Source: an uncultured bacterium (GTDB lineage: Bacteria > Patescibacteriota > Minisyncoccia > Moranbacterales > GWC2-37-73). Taken from it: a stretch of DNA of 64,000 nucleotides. Positions within the stretch are counted from its first letter, which is position 1, and the number at the start of each line of letters is the position of its first letter. Where the stretch lies: NCBI GenBank assembly GCA_903851135.1, contig CAINNK010000014.1, positions 37,574 to 101,573 on the forward strand. Direction: 5' to 3'. Position numbers and translations under genes: made by a program. The notes under the pieces were generated by a model, which saw only the letters and a program-made list of their open reading frames with translations, was not told the DNA's origin and did no database searches. Below, piece after piece: positions 28,960 to 39,653 of this stretch.

Positions 28960-30179
28960 TCGTGTTCAATATTTATTATCCCTTCAGTGACACCTTCGGA
29001 TGTTACCTTAAATGGAGCCTTGGAATAATACTCTTCATATAAATGATTAAAACTCTCACCGGCTAGCAATATCTTTATTTTATATATTCCATTAATTAAT
29101 GGAATATTTTTAAAAGAAATAGTAAATGACTTTTTAATTAATATGTCCTTAGTATTAATATGATCAAAATTATTATTTAAACCAATAATGTAATTTCTCT
29201 CTCTATCATAAATAGAAACTGAAACATTAAAGGATTTATTATCTTTTAGCAGAATTTCTATTCCCTCTCCTTCTATTTCAACAGTCATAATCATCTCATC
29301 TCCAAAATGAAAACTATTTGTTTTTTCTCCCTTTGAGTTAAACAAAAGTAAATCTTTCACTTTAATTTTGTTCACCTTTTTATTAATGCTAACGCTTTCC
29401 TTCTCTTGAATCTCATTCTTAATAATTTCATTCTCTCCGTCTGACATATTTTGTTTAATATATTCACTTCCAACTTCCTGTGGGTCACCAATCAATTCAA
29501 TCTCCCCATTTCGAAGAAGCATTAAACGATCGCAATATCTTTGGGCTGTTGATAAATCATGAGTGACTAAAATAACTGTCTTACCTATTTCTCGATATCT
29601 AACAAACTCCGAAATACATTTTGCCTGAAAATTTGAGTCTCCCACAGCTAAAACTTCATCCATCAACAAAATTTCGCGATTAGCATGGATGGAAACCGAA
29701 AAAGCCAAGCGCACTTGCATACCGGAAGAATAATTTTTGAGTTTTTGATCGATGAAACGTTCCAGCTCAGAAAATTTCACAATAGAATCAAATTTCTGAT
29801 CAATTTGCTTTTTGGTCATTCCTAGCACTGTAGCATTGAGATAAACATTATCGCGACCAGAAAGTTCTGGATTAAAGCCAATTCCTAATTCCAAAAACGG
29901 TGAAATGCGCCCATCAATTTTAATTTTTCCCTTGTCAGTTTGATAAATCCCAGCCAAAATTTTTAATAATGTGCTTTTACCACTCCCATTCCTGCCGATA
30001 ATCCCAAAAAATTCACCCTTTTTAACCTCAAAAGAAACATCATCAAGCGCCTTAAATTCCTCATAGCCACCTTTCTTGAAAGCATTCACAGCCGCACCGC
30101 GCAAAGAAGACACCTTTTCGTGAGGTATCCTAAAAGTTTTGCTGATATTTTTAACACTAATGGCAATATCTTTTTCCAT
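28947..30179 (-). CDS. polysaccharide ABC exporter ATP-binding protein (Wzt/TagH-like) with C-terminal extension
   Basis: Walker A GRNGSGKST, signature YSSGMQVRLAF, Walker B LLMDE; about 160-aa C-terminal domain, possibly glycan-binding. Confidence 0.85.
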   Translation of the reverse strand: MEKDIAISVKNISKTFRIPHEKVSSLRGAAVNAFKKGGYEEFKALDDVSFEVKKGEFFGIIGRNGSGKSTLLKILAGIYQTDKGKIKIDGRISPFLELGIGFNPELSGRDNVYLNATVLGMTKKQIDQKFDSIVKFSELERFIDQKLKNYSSGMQVRLAFSVSIHANREILLMDEVLAVGDSNFQAKCISEFVRYREIGKTVILVTHDLSTAQRYCDRLMLLRNGEIELIGDPQEVGSEYIKQNMSDGENEIIKNEIQEKESVSINKKVNKIKVKDLLLFNSKGEKTNSFHFGDEMIMTVEIEGEGIEILLKDNKSFNVSVSIYDRERNYIIGLNNNFDHINTKDILIKKSFTISFKNIPLINGIYKIKILLAGESFNHLYEEYYSKAPFKVTSEGVTEGIINIEHEWKI

Positions 30180-30359
30180 CTGTAATTTTAGATTGAACTA
30201 TTAAAATAAAATCAGTCTCGGTTGAGACTTTCAATTACTTGTTAATTTTATCACCAAAAATGCCCAAGCGCAATGCTTTAAATCCTTTGTTTTGTTTGTT
30301 TTTAAATCAAAAAAATGGTAAGATAATATAGCTAAAGACGCCTTAAAATAAACAAAGCA

Positions 30360-32144
30360 ATGAAAAAAAATATCAAAATTTTACTTCTAGCTCTACTAGT
30401 TTCGATCACAGCATTCGCTGGGAAAAAAACTTTCGCAGCAGGAACCTATTCTGATGAGGGTATCGCCTTCTATGCGCAGGCTTCTTCTTCTGGCTACGCA
30501 AGTGAAGGAATCGCTTTTTATGCCTATGATCCTCAAGTTTCCAAGCCTAGCAGCACGGTTAATGTTTATAGATTCTATAACACCTCAACGGGTGATCACC
30601 TTTATACTGCTTCAGAAGATGAGAAGAACACTATAAATAACAACCCACAATGGGGCTATAATATTGAGGGAATTGCATTTTATGCTTATGATAGCCAGCT
30701 CCCTAAGCCAGATGGAGCAATTAATATCTATAGATTTTATAATTCTTCTACGGGCAATCACTTTTATACTGCTTCAGAAAATGAAAAAATAAGCATCTCA
30801 CAAGTCCCAATTTATCGTTTTTATAATCCCAATAGTGGAGATCACTTTTATACTGCTTCAGAAAATGAGAAGAGCATTTTGGCTAACACTAATAAAAGTG
30901 GATACTTGATCGAGGGTGTTGCTTTTTATGCTTACAATTCACAAATAACCAACACTTTACCAGTTTATCGCTTTTTTAATTCAGCTAATGGGGATCATTT
31001 TTATACAATTTCAGAAGATGAAAAAAAATCTTTAATTGACAATCCACAATGGGGTTATTCATATGAAAATATAGCTTTTTACACTTATAACTCTCAACTC
31101 ATAGGATCTTTACCGATATATAGATTTTACAATTCAACCAATAGTGATCATCTTTACACAATTTCACTTGATGAAAAAAATAGAATTTTGACACCGGCGC
31201 TCGGACCCGAAATCTCAGTCGGGCTTTGGTACTATTCCAAGACCGACCTTCAAAATTCAAATTTTCAAATTGATGCCAACAAACAATATAACATTAGAAA
31301 TTCTAGCGGAAATATCTTAGCCCAAGCAGGAGGAAGCTCCACTACCAATGTTAGCTATAACGACAAACAAAATCAACTTACAGTGACACAAGGGAATTTA
31401 AACCAAGTTCTGGCTGGCACAAATATAACCTTTGATGCTGCTGATGGTGACAATTCAACATTGCGCTTCAACACTCATCGTTCAAATTATGTGCCGAGCG
31501 ATTGGCGCGGCAAAATTAATAATTACCGCGGAAAAATAAAGATCCAATACTATCGCGGCTATGATATTGCCGGTGGAGCCGCTCCAGGTTCGGCTGATGT
31601 AACTCAAATTTGGGTCGACAACATTGTGCCATTAGAACAATATGCTTGGGGGTCAGCCGAGACTTCCGGCACAGGCAACCTCAACCACACCGAGGTGATG
31701 AGCACGATTTTCCGAACCTATGGTTTTTGGTACATCAAATACGCCAACAAATATTCTCCTCTGGGATTTAAAATTCGCAGCGACAGTGGTTCTCAAAATT
31801 ATGGCGGCTATGATTGGGAAACTGCCCATCCAAATGTGAAAATTGCGGCGCAAAATACTCGCGGAGTCATCGCAACTTATGCCAATGATGTTGCAATCAC
31901 ACCCTATTCTTCTTGGAGCGATGGCCGAACGAGAAGTTGGCAAGAAAAATGGGGTGGGAATGATTATCCGTGGTGCCAATCAGTTTCCGATCCATATGGA
32001 AAAAACGTCGCTCAGTCTGGTGGCAGTCATATGGTTGGATTGATTGCCAATGGATCACTTAATCTTGCGACAAATTATGGTTGGGACTGGCAAAGAATTC
32101 TGCATTACTATTACACCAACATTAGCCTGCCGACAAATTATTAA
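30360..32144 (+). CDS. secreted SpoIID/LytB-domain protein with N-terminal tandem repeats
   Basis: Signal peptide; 7 or more repeats of GIAFYAYD..YRFYN.S.GDHFYT.SE.EK (DUF5648-like motif); C-terminal SpoIID-like region (VPLEQYAWG..E). Confidence 0.6.
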   Translation: MKKNIKILLLALLVSITAFAGKKTFAAGTYSDEGIAFYAQASSSGYASEGIAFYAYDPQVSKPSSTVNVYRFYNTSTGDHLYTASEDEKNTINNNPQWGYNIEGIAFYAYDSQLPKPDGAINIYRFYNSSTGNHFYTASENEKISISQVPIYRFYNPNSGDHFYTASENEKSILANTNKSGYLIEGVAFYAYNSQITNTLPVYRFFNSANGDHFYTISEDEKKSLIDNPQWGYSYENIAFYTYNSQLIGSLPIYRFYNSTNSDHLYTISLDEKNRILTPALGPEISVGLWYYSKTDLQNSNFQIDANKQYNIRNSSGNILAQAGGSSTTNVSYNDKQNQLTVTQGNLNQVLAGTNITFDAADGDNSTLRFNTHRSNYVPSDWRGKINNYRGKIKIQYYRGYDIAGGAAPGSADVTQIWVDNIVPLEQYAWGSAETSGTGNLNHTEVMSTIFRTYGFWYIKYANKYSPLGFKIRSDSGSQNYGGYDWETAHPNVKIAAQNTRGVIATYANDVAITPYSSWSDGRTRSWQEKWGGNDYPWCQSVSDPYGKNVAQSGGSHMVGLIANGSLNLATNYGWDWQRILHYYYTNISLPTNY

Positions 32145-32228
32145 AAATCTTGCAGCATTGTTGAATTTTTGTATCTTGAATCTTGAATTTTGAATTTTCA
32201 CTGCCCAATTTATTAATCTCAAAATAGT

Positions 32229-32855
32229 ATGCTTAAACATCTTTATTCAAAAGTCGCTTTGACCGCATATTTACTCATCGCCATCAGCCTAGGCATTTGG
32301 GGCTATACCATTTTCAAACAACGAAGTGGAAAAATTCCGGCCGCGAGCAATCAACAAAACAAGGCTGACAAGAATTCAAACGCTGAAACCACACTACCCA
32401 CTGCCCCACCTGCCGATAAAGGCAGCAATACTGAAACCAGCAACAATGCAACAAGTCAGACTAACAGTGAAAACACCCCGGCTACCACAGACAACAGTGC
32501 AAATGATAATACGACTCCATCATCAACAACTAGCAACAAAACAGCGCCAGTAAGCACTGAAACAGATGTCACAGGTTCCGTAGCGGCTCACATCACTTCG
32601 CAACATTGCAATTCAAATTGCCAAGCCTTTGCCAATGATTTGTCTTTGCTGGAATATTGCCAAGAAGTTTGCGGCATCTCGCCAGTCAAAAATGTGACTA
32701 TTTGCGACAGCAAAAAAGGCCTGCAAAAAGATTATTGCAACAAAGATCTTGCCATCAACAAAAAAGATGCCTCGCTGTGTGACAAAATCCAAGACGCCAA
32801 TCTCAAGCAAGCTTGCAAAAACCGAATTTCCCAAGATATTATTGAAAGTTTATAG
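32229..32855 (+). CDS. membrane-anchored hypothetical protein with T/S/N-rich linker and Cys-rich C-terminus
   Basis: N-terminal TM helix, about 90-aa low-complexity linker, C-terminal 10-Cys domain. Confidence 0.45.
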   Translation: MLKHLYSKVALTAYLLIAISLGIWGYTIFKQRSGKIPAASNQQNKADKNSNAETTLPTAPPADKGSNTETSNNATSQTNSENTPATTDNSANDNTTPSSTTSNKTAPVSTETDVTGSVAAHITSQHCNSNCQAFANDLSLLEYCQEVCGISPVKNVTICDSKKGLQKDYCNKDLAINKKDASLCDKIQDANLKQACKNRISQDIIESL

Positions 32856-32927
32856 CCAATAATTGACACCTGAAGAACTCGGAGATATAATCCAAGCATA
32901 GAAATTTGTAAATTTAGAATAAAGAGT

Positions 32928-33221
32928 ATGAAAAACAAAAAAGAAATAACGCTTGAAGATTTAGCAGCAATAGTTCAAAATAGTTTTATTGACCTTAAAG
33001 CTGAACTAAAAACCGATATTAAAGAACTTCGGACCGACTTTGCTGAGTTGAAAACTGATGTGGCCGAACTTAAAGTTGATGTAGCTGAGCTTAAAACTGA
33101 TGTGTCCGAACTTAAAGTAACTGTTGATAATATTGAGGCTAATCTCAACAAAAAAGTAGACAAGATTGAGTACAACACACTTGAACATCGAGTTGAGAAA
33201 CTAGAAGAAAAATTCGCCTGA
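32928..33221 (+). CDS. coiled-coil protein with 7-aa (21-nt) tandem repeats
   Basis: AELKTDV / AELKVDV / SELKVTV repeats. Confidence 0.45.
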   Translation: MKNKKEITLEDLAAIVQNSFIDLKAELKTDIKELRTDFAELKTDVAELKVDVAELKTDVSELKVTVDNIEANLNKKVDKIEYNTLEHRVEKLEEKFA

Positions 33222-33228
33222 CAAAAAA

Positions 33229-33300
33229 TCAAAACAGAACTTGCCTCTGTTTTTTTAATAGCTCAAGAAAAAAGGCCGCTTTGTTTAGCGGCCAATGTTT
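33229..33300. terminator. pair of convergent rho-independent terminators
   Basis: AACAGAacttgccTCTGTTTTTTT (plus strand) and GGCCGCTaaacaaAGCGGCCTTTTTT (minus-strand reading). Confidence 0.6.
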
Positions 33301-33317
33301 TTTGTTTCAAAAAAATT

Positions 33318-33707
33318 CTACTTTTTTCGCAACCATTCATCGGTTCCTTTTGGTGCAGATTTAACTTGAACCTCAAGCTCTTCTAGTGTATCACGATACC
33401 AGATAATAGCATCCCTGACTTCAGCTTTTTCACTAAAAGTGAGACTTTCCTGATTAAGCAGGGTTTTCCTAAAGGTTGGAATTTCAAGTGGCATTTTTGC
33501 ACACTTTTCTTCAAGTTCGTCCTTTTTAACATTTAATTGTGGGCTGATTGAAAAATAGAACCATTTCTCAAGATCTTTACCATTTCGCTGTGCAATGTTA
33601 AGATCTTTTTTTGCGTTATTGAGAAAATTTTTATAAACATTAAAGTCACTTATTAAAGCTGCCAGATAATTCAATACTCTGACTTGAAACTTTTTGTCGT
33701 AAGCCAT
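33318..33707 (-). CDS. hypothetical protein
   Basis: 129-aa ORF with its own terminator; no motif. Confidence 0.4.
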   Translation of the reverse strand: MAYDKKFQVRVLNYLAALISDFNVYKNFLNNAKKDLNIAQRNGKDLEKWFYFSISPQLNVKKDELEEKCAKMPLEIPTFRKTLLNQESLTFSEKAEVRDAIIWYRDTLEELEVQVKSAPKGTDEWLRKK

Positions 33708-33817
33708 GTTACCGCTCCTTTATGATTTGCAAAGTTTTTCTATTAAGATAAAAATAACTAAAAAAGACTAGCAAAACCATAACATGCTAGCTACTTTTTG
33801 TAAAGATTTTCCAGGTT

Positions 33818-34594
33818 TTAAATCTCTTCGGCGATGCGTGGCGCAAGTTTGTTGTAGGAAAAAGCGCCAAGGGCAAAGAAGGCTAAGATGGTAATGATGA
33901 AAACAAAAGTTTTCCAGGGATCGGCAAAGTGATTGTTGATGAGTCCTTCTTTGGAAAAATGAATGATGAAAGCCATTGGATTGAGCAGCATTATTTTCTG
34001 AATTTTCTCCGGCATCATTTGCAGAGAATAAACAATCGGACTGGCGTAAAACAGAATTGAGAGCAAAACTTCCCAAATCATCGAAAGATCTCGGAACTTC
34101 ACATATAGCGGGGCGGTCAGCAAGGAAAATCCCACAATAATGACATAGGTGAAAAGCAGAAACATCACGAAAAGCGCCATCGCCTGCAAGCTTGGCAGAA
34201 ACCTGTAGAGCGCAAAAAAGAAAATGATAACCAAAATGTTCATCAAGAAAACCAAGGCGGAATTGATGGTTGAAGCGATGATGATTGTCCAGCGCGGGAC
34301 ATAAATCTTGGTGACCAATTGCGATTTCGAAAGCAAAGAACTCATGCCGGCCATGGTGCCTTCTGAAAAAAAGTTAAACAAAATAATGCCGACCAGCAAT
34401 TGCAAAGAATAGTATGGGATGCCGTTTCCGCGAGAATTGAACAAAGAGGAAAAAACAAAATTCAAAATTGAAAACATTAGCAATGGCTTGAGAATCGCCC
34501 ACAGATAACCCAGCACCGATCCATGGTACCGAAGTTTAAAATCAGTTTTGGCCAGAGCCCAAATCAATTCGCGATAATTTTCGTGTTGTTTCAT
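33818..34594 (-). CDS. ABC-2 type polysaccharide exporter permease (Wzm/TagG-like)
   Basis: 258 aa, 6 TM helices; N-terminal ...TDFKLRYHGSVLGYLWAILKP... typical of ABC-2 permeases. Confidence 0.8.
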   Translation of the reverse strand: MKQHENYRELIWALAKTDFKLRYHGSVLGYLWAILKPLLMFSILNFVFSSLFNSRGNGIPYYSLQLLVGIILFNFFSEGTMAGMSSLLSKSQLVTKIYVPRWTIIIASTINSALVFLMNILVIIFFFALYRFLPSLQAMALFVMFLLFTYVIIVGFSLLTAPLYVKFRDLSMIWEVLLSILFYASPIVYSLQMMPEKIQKIMLLNPMAFIIHFSKEGLINNHFADPWKTFVFIITILAFFALGAFSYNKLAPRIAEEI

Positions 34595-34604
34595 ACTTTA
34601 TATA

Positions 34605-35678
34605 TTATACATTTTCTAATTTCTTATACCAATCAGGCATCAGCTCAAAAATCTCCACTTGCCTCTTGACTCCCTCCTCATATTTCATGAGCGGCTCATA
34701 ACCCAACATAGTCTTTGCTTTTGTAATATCCGAGCTAGTTGCAATATCGCCTGGATCAGCCTCAACAATTTCATATTTGACCTCTTTCCCCATGGCCTTC
34801 CCAACAGCATTAAACCAATTTTTCATCGCAATCGCATCGGAGGTTCCTATGTTATAAGCGTTATAACCAAGATTTTTGTCCAAACAAAGCAGCAGCCCAT
34901 TTACTTCATCATCAATATAGGTAAAATCCTTAGCCGTTTCCAAGCCCTTAATGCCATAAACTGTGACAATTTTTTCATTATGAACATAGTTAATTACTCG
35001 CTGGATTAACATCCCATAAGGTCTTTGAAGTGGACCATAAATAGGTCCAAAAATTCTAGCAATTGCCACATTAAAACCAAACAGTTTATAAAAAGCGTGA
35101 CTTATCGCCTCGACTGCTGATTTTGTAGCGCCATAAATAGACCAAGGATAAGAAACTCCTTCTTCCTCTTTCACCTTGTGATCTTTTTGTCCATAAGCTG
35201 AAGCAGTAGATGCAAAAACAAATTGTTTGACACCAAAATCCTTGGACAATTCCAACAAATTGACTGAACCATCAACATTCACACTAGTATAAAGTCTTGG
35301 TTTTTTGGCTGACAGTGGCACGCCAGCCATAGCTGCCAGATGAATGATTGCATCAGGTCTATGTTTCTCAAATATTTTTTTCAATCCTTCAAAATCAAGG
35401 ATATCAATTTCCTCAAATTCAAATTTGCCTAATTCTGCTTTATCTGAGGGATAATAAGTGCAGAGTTTTTCATACACAGGCGCCAATTCTTCTTTTTCGG
35501 CAAATTGGATAGGCTGCTTTGCACTAAGATTGACCAAGTCCAAATTAAATTCTTTGCAAACTCGAGGATAGTAATCATCGAAATTATCAATCGCAATGAC
35601 ATCGTCACCTCTGCGAACAAGCGCTCTTGAAACAAAACTTCCAATAAAACCAGCGCCACCAGTAACTAAAATTTTCAT
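34605..35678 (-). CDS. NAD-dependent sugar epimerase/dehydratase (GalE/UDP-glucuronate epimerase-like)
   Basis: MKILVTGGAGFIGS Rossmann motif; YxxxK within SDR-extended architecture. Confidence 0.8.
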   Translation of the reverse strand: MKILVTGGAGFIGSFVSRALVRRGDDVIAIDNFDDYYPRVCKEFNLDLVNLSAKQPIQFAEKEELAPVYEKLCTYYPSDKAELGKFEFEEIDILDFEGLKKIFEKHRPDAIIHLAAMAGVPLSAKKPRLYTSVNVDGSVNLLELSKDFGVKQFVFASTASAYGQKDHKVKEEEGVSYPWSIYGATKSAVEAISHAFYKLFGFNVAIARIFGPIYGPLQRPYGMLIQRVINYVHNEKIVTVYGIKGLETAKDFTYIDDEVNGLLLCLDKNLGYNAYNIGTSDAIAMKNWFNAVGKAMGKEVKYEIVEADPGDIATSSDITKAKTMLGYEPLMKYEEGVKRQVEIFELMPDWYKKLENV

Positions 35679-35731
35679 TGTATTTTAAATACGTTCTATA
35701 AGACATACGGGTCAGATAGGACATATGATAC

Positions 35732-36922
35732 TTATTTTTTTAACTTAGTTCTTAAATAGTCATAATACTCCTGGGTGTGACTATGCTTGGTCGTGTAGTC
35801 CCGCAACGTTTTTTGATTGGCTTTTTCTCCCATGCTTTTTCTGAGTTCACAATTTTCAATCAAATTGGAAATTTTTTCAACCCATTCATCTTCACTTTCA
35901 GCTAAATATCCGTTTTCGCCATCAATAATAACTTTCGCATAGGTGCTGTTTCGCACTGCCACAATCGGCACTTTTAGCAAGCCTGCCTCGGAAAATTTCA
36001 ATTCAGATTTGCCTTCACTGAAAACATCTCTCTCCAGCGGTGCTAGAATAATATCGCAAGCAAAGATATTTTCAAAATGTTTTTTTCTTGGAGCATATAT
36101 CGAACGCACAATTCTTTCGGAAAATTCAGCCATTTTCTTTTCCAGCTCCAAGGGCCCTGCCAAAAAAATTTCCACTTGAGGATATTTTTTCAGAACCTTA
36201 ATAAGAGCATCAGAGATTGTGGCAAAATCCTTGTTGTGTCCAATGGTTCCACTGAAATATCCGATGCGAATTTTTTCGTGACCTTCTTTTTGTTTAGGCG
36301 GAATCTTCAAAAGCTTTTCAGTTATCTCAACCCATTGATTGGAAAGTTTATTAGTGATAACAAAAACTTGCTTACCATATTTTTGCAAAATTGCTGCGAT
36401 AAATTCAGTGCTAGTTGTGCAAACTTTCACATACGGATCCTTAAGAATTTCCTCTCCAATGCCTTTTTCATATTGTTTTTTTTCAAAATGTGACATCCGA
36501 GCATAATGGTCTGTTTGCTGAATGTATTTCACATCAAAAACCAAATCATCTGTGTCAAAAATAATTTCGCCGTTTTGCTTTTTAATAGCTGCTCTGAATT
36601 TGTCAGTCTTGGCTGTTTGCAAGGTCCGGTTGAAAACAAAGATTTTGAATTTTTTCGATAAACTCAGCAGAAAAGGATTATCTTGCATGGTAACAGAAAC
36701 CCTAAAACCATGCGTGCGAAGTTCCTCAGCTTGATTATGCGCCCGATACAGCGCACTATCGCCAACTCCGGCAGTTATAAAAAGAATATCGCCAGCCTTA
36801 ACGCTGACAATACTTTTAAAATAATCGGCCACGAAAAGAAGGACCCTTGTTCCGCCCTTAATCAGTCCGTCTCGTTGAATTGTTTTATAACTTTTTCCGA
36901 CTTTAATAAAGAATAGTTTCAT
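35732..36922 (-). CDS. glycosyltransferase family 4
   Basis: 396 aa; C-terminal GT4-like segment (...EGKSELKFSEAGLLKVPIVAVRNS...GENGYL...). Confidence 0.65.
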   Translation of the reverse strand: MKLFFIKVGKSYKTIQRDGLIKGGTRVLLFVADYFKSIVSVKAGDILFITAGVGDSALYRAHNQAEELRTHGFRVSVTMQDNPFLLSLSKKFKIFVFNRTLQTAKTDKFRAAIKKQNGEIIFDTDDLVFDVKYIQQTDHYARMSHFEKKQYEKGIGEEILKDPYVKVCTTSTEFIAAILQKYGKQVFVITNKLSNQWVEITEKLLKIPPKQKEGHEKIRIGYFSGTIGHNKDFATISDALIKVLKKYPQVEIFLAGPLELEKKMAEFSERIVRSIYAPRKKHFENIFACDIILAPLERDVFSEGKSELKFSEAGLLKVPIVAVRNSTYAKVIIDGENGYLAESEDEWVEKISNLIENCELRKSMGEKANQKTLRDYTTKHSHTQEYYDYLRTKLKK

Positions 36923-36998
36923 AAGTTATGTCATTTAAACATTGAAACATGCAAACATTGATATCAAATTTTATTGAATATTGTTTCTTGTTTTTTGA

Positions 36999-38423
36999 TT
37001 AATTCTTGTATTGCAAATTCAAATCATTAAGCAGGGTTTGCTGCTGCGTATATTCTTTACCATCTTTCATTTTGATATGCACATTTACTGGCACATTACC
37101 CGCGCCTGATTGTTTTTGAATCAATAATTTATAATTATCCGAAGTGATTGAATCTGGCAAAGTATAAACAATCTGACCATCAACCTGCGTGCCCATCACC
37201 ACATCAACTTTGAAACCAAAATAGGTTTTGCCGAATTCATTTGCAGTATTGAGATGACTTACCATGTGGCTGGAAACAAAAGTTGAGCCTTGCGGAACAT
37301 AAGTGCGCAAATAAGCGTGATAGTCGCTGGTTCGCCAGTCTCCACCAGGCGCCGTGTTTTTGTATTTGATATTCAAGGTCACTGTTGGTTTTTCCTGAGT
37401 AAAATCAATGTCGTAGTTCATTTCGCGGCGCATATAGAAATCTGTTTTGAGCGCGCCCATGTTGGCATCAACCGCCATGAGATAGTCATTTGTCCAATCT
37501 TTTGGAATCGTGCCGTCCCAATGCACACTGGCTGCCGCTTGTTGAAGATTTTGGTCATTGAAATTAAGCATCACGTTTCTGTTTTTCATTTCATTGTGAA
37601 ACAAGTCCGCAATTTTGGTGACATTGCCCAAGGTGAGCAATTTTTGCATAATCATTGGAGCCATGGTTTTCAAAATTGCTTTGCGATTTTGCGTGTCCAA
37701 TTCCGGATTCATGATATAAGCTTTTTCCACAATTTCTTCCAGTTTTCTAGAGGCGTTTTGACTGTTAAACTCTCCACTATAGCCTGGCACCGTGATCGGA
37801 CCAGTCAAATTGAAAAGATCATCGAAAACTTGCGAATTAACTGCCACTACCCCATCAAATTGCTGACTGTTGCCACCAGCCAAGCGAAAAAAATATTTGG
37901 CTTTGTCCACGTTGGTTGGAAAATCCGGAGAAAAATTTGAATCGCGAAATTTCCAATTTCGCAGTTGCATCATTCTTTCAAAAGGAAATGGGGTCAAAAC
38001 TTTGGCGGTGATGCGTTGATCAAGCAAATTGGCATCTTCAACTTTTGTGGAAACAACATCACCATTCTTGATTGTCACGACAGCATATTGTCCCAAAAAT
38101 CCGCCACCCGGACGAAGCTCGGCGTTGTTTTGCAGCAAAATCAAAAAAGTTTTTTCTTTATTATCGTTGGCAGTGAAAGTTGAAACAATAGAGTTAAGCA
38201 CTTCGATTTCTTTTTTCTCATCAGCTGGAATTGGCAAAAATTTTGACACACTCCCGATTGCAGAAAGCGAGGTCTTGAGCACAAACTGCTTGTTTGTCAT
38301 CAAATACTTGAAAGCCAAATAGCCACCGACCAGAATTACAATGATTATCAACGAAATTTTAACTTTTTTGTTGGCCAAAAAAGTCTTCAATTTCTTTTTG
38401 CTTTCTCCATTATTTTTTTCCAT
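36999..38423 (-). CDS. DUF4012-like membrane-anchored protein
   Basis: N-terminal TM helix; NAELRPGGGFLGQYAVV motif characteristic of DUF4012 proteins found in polysaccharide loci. Confidence 0.5.
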   Translation of the reverse strand: MEKNNGESKKKLKTFLANKKVKISLIIIVILVGGYLAFKYLMTNKQFVLKTSLSAIGSVSKFLPIPADEKKEIEVLNSIVSTFTANDNKEKTFLILLQNNAELRPGGGFLGQYAVVTIKNGDVVSTKVEDANLLDQRITAKVLTPFPFERMMQLRNWKFRDSNFSPDFPTNVDKAKYFFRLAGGNSQQFDGVVAVNSQVFDDLFNLTGPITVPGYSGEFNSQNASRKLEEIVEKAYIMNPELDTQNRKAILKTMAPMIMQKLLTLGNVTKIADLFHNEMKNRNVMLNFNDQNLQQAAASVHWDGTIPKDWTNDYLMAVDANMGALKTDFYMRREMNYDIDFTQEKPTVTLNIKYKNTAPGGDWRTSDYHAYLRTYVPQGSTFVSSHMVSHLNTANEFGKTYFGFKVDVVMGTQVDGQIVYTLPDSITSDNYKLLIQKQSGAGNVPVNVHIKMKDGKEYTQQQTLLNDLNLQYKN

Positions 38424-38430
38424 TTTTATG

Positions 38431-39609
38431 TTAAATTATTGAATTATAAATTTGCTCAATTTTTTTGGCCGAAATTTCCCAACTGAAATTCTTGACTCGA
38501 ATTCTGTTAAACTCGCCTTTCTTTCTCATTTGCTCTGAATTGTCAGCCAAAGCAAGAATTTCGCCAGCCAACCCTTGGGCAGAAATTTCGTGCGCAAATT
38601 GACCACCCTGATCCAAATAAGTCCGGTTGTTTTGGCGATCAAAACAAACCACCGGCAAGCTCGCTGCCATATATTGCAAAATCTTCCCGCTGGCTTGACG
38701 GACCGATGAATCCTTGGGATCCACCCCAATGTCGCTGGCTGCCAGAATTGCTGGCAATTTGAAATAACTCAAAGGACTAATAACTCTCACACTTGTTTCA
38801 AGTTTATTTTGCGCCACAAATTCACTCATATCCTCAGCCGGAAATCCAGCTATAACAAAGAAAATATTTGGATTTTTTTGCAAAACAGCCAAGATCGCTT
38901 CTTTCAAATATTGCACCCCTTTGTTCGGCACCAGCGCTCCAGTGTAGGTCACAATCACTTTGTCAGCCGGCAATTCAAATTCGATTTTCAAAGCACTTTT
39001 TGAAGGAAGTTTTTCGAAATAGAAAAGATTTGCGCCATCAAGAACCGTTTGGACTTTGTGATCTTTGCGAATATGTTCAATTTCCTGGGTGTTTTCCGCA
39101 GAACTTGTCAGTGCGGCATCACCCATGTTGTTGATCCATTTTTCTGCCCAGGAGAAAAGGCCTTTCAAGAATCCGCCGTTCAAATAACTATGCGAAACCA
39201 TTTCCTTAGTCAAACTTCCGTGAAAATCGGCTACTAATTTTATTTTTCGCCAAAAAAGACATTTTTGCACAATCCAACCCAATGCCACACCTTCGTGAAT
39301 ATGCGCATGAATAATATCTGGCCTCTGAACATAAGCCAGATAAAGAGCTTTTCTAATCAAAAGCAAATCAAGCAAGATTTTTTGCCAATCCGGGCCAGCT
39401 TCTAATTTGGTGTACCAAAAAAGCCACCGCCTGATTCGACGGATGTCAATGTTTGTTTCAACCTCACTTTGGATGTCCTTTCCGATATGATAAGTCACAA
39501 TTGTAATTTCGTGACCAAGTTTCTCCAAAGCAAGCGATTCTTCCAAAATTCTAATATGAGTTCCCCGGTCTGCAAAAAATGGAGTTGGGGCAATGACTAG
39601 TATTTTCAT
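38431..39609 (-). CDS. glycosyltransferase family 4
   Basis: 392 aa; GT-B fold pattern MKILVIAPTPFFADRGTHIRIL... Confidence 0.75.
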   Translation of the reverse strand: MKILVIAPTPFFADRGTHIRILEESLALEKLGHEITIVTYHIGKDIQSEVETNIDIRRIRRWLFWYTKLEAGPDWQKILLDLLLIRKALYLAYVQRPDIIHAHIHEGVALGWIVQKCLFWRKIKLVADFHGSLTKEMVSHSYLNGGFLKGLFSWAEKWINNMGDAALTSSAENTQEIEHIRKDHKVQTVLDGANLFYFEKLPSKSALKIEFELPADKVIVTYTGALVPNKGVQYLKEAILAVLQKNPNIFFVIAGFPAEDMSEFVAQNKLETSVRVISPLSYFKLPAILAASDIGVDPKDSSVRQASGKILQYMAASLPVVCFDRQNNRTYLDQGGQFAHEISAQGLAGEILALADNSEQMRKKGEFNRIRVKNFSWEISAKKIEQIYNSII

Positions 39610-39653
39610 CTAGTAATGATTGGTATTGAAATTAAATATTTCAGAATAAACAA

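Noticed and set aside
33768-34076. 102-aa ORF overlapping the ABC-2 permease in another frame
   Set aside because: The permease frame carries the expected TM pattern; the alternative frame is Cys/His-rich noise.
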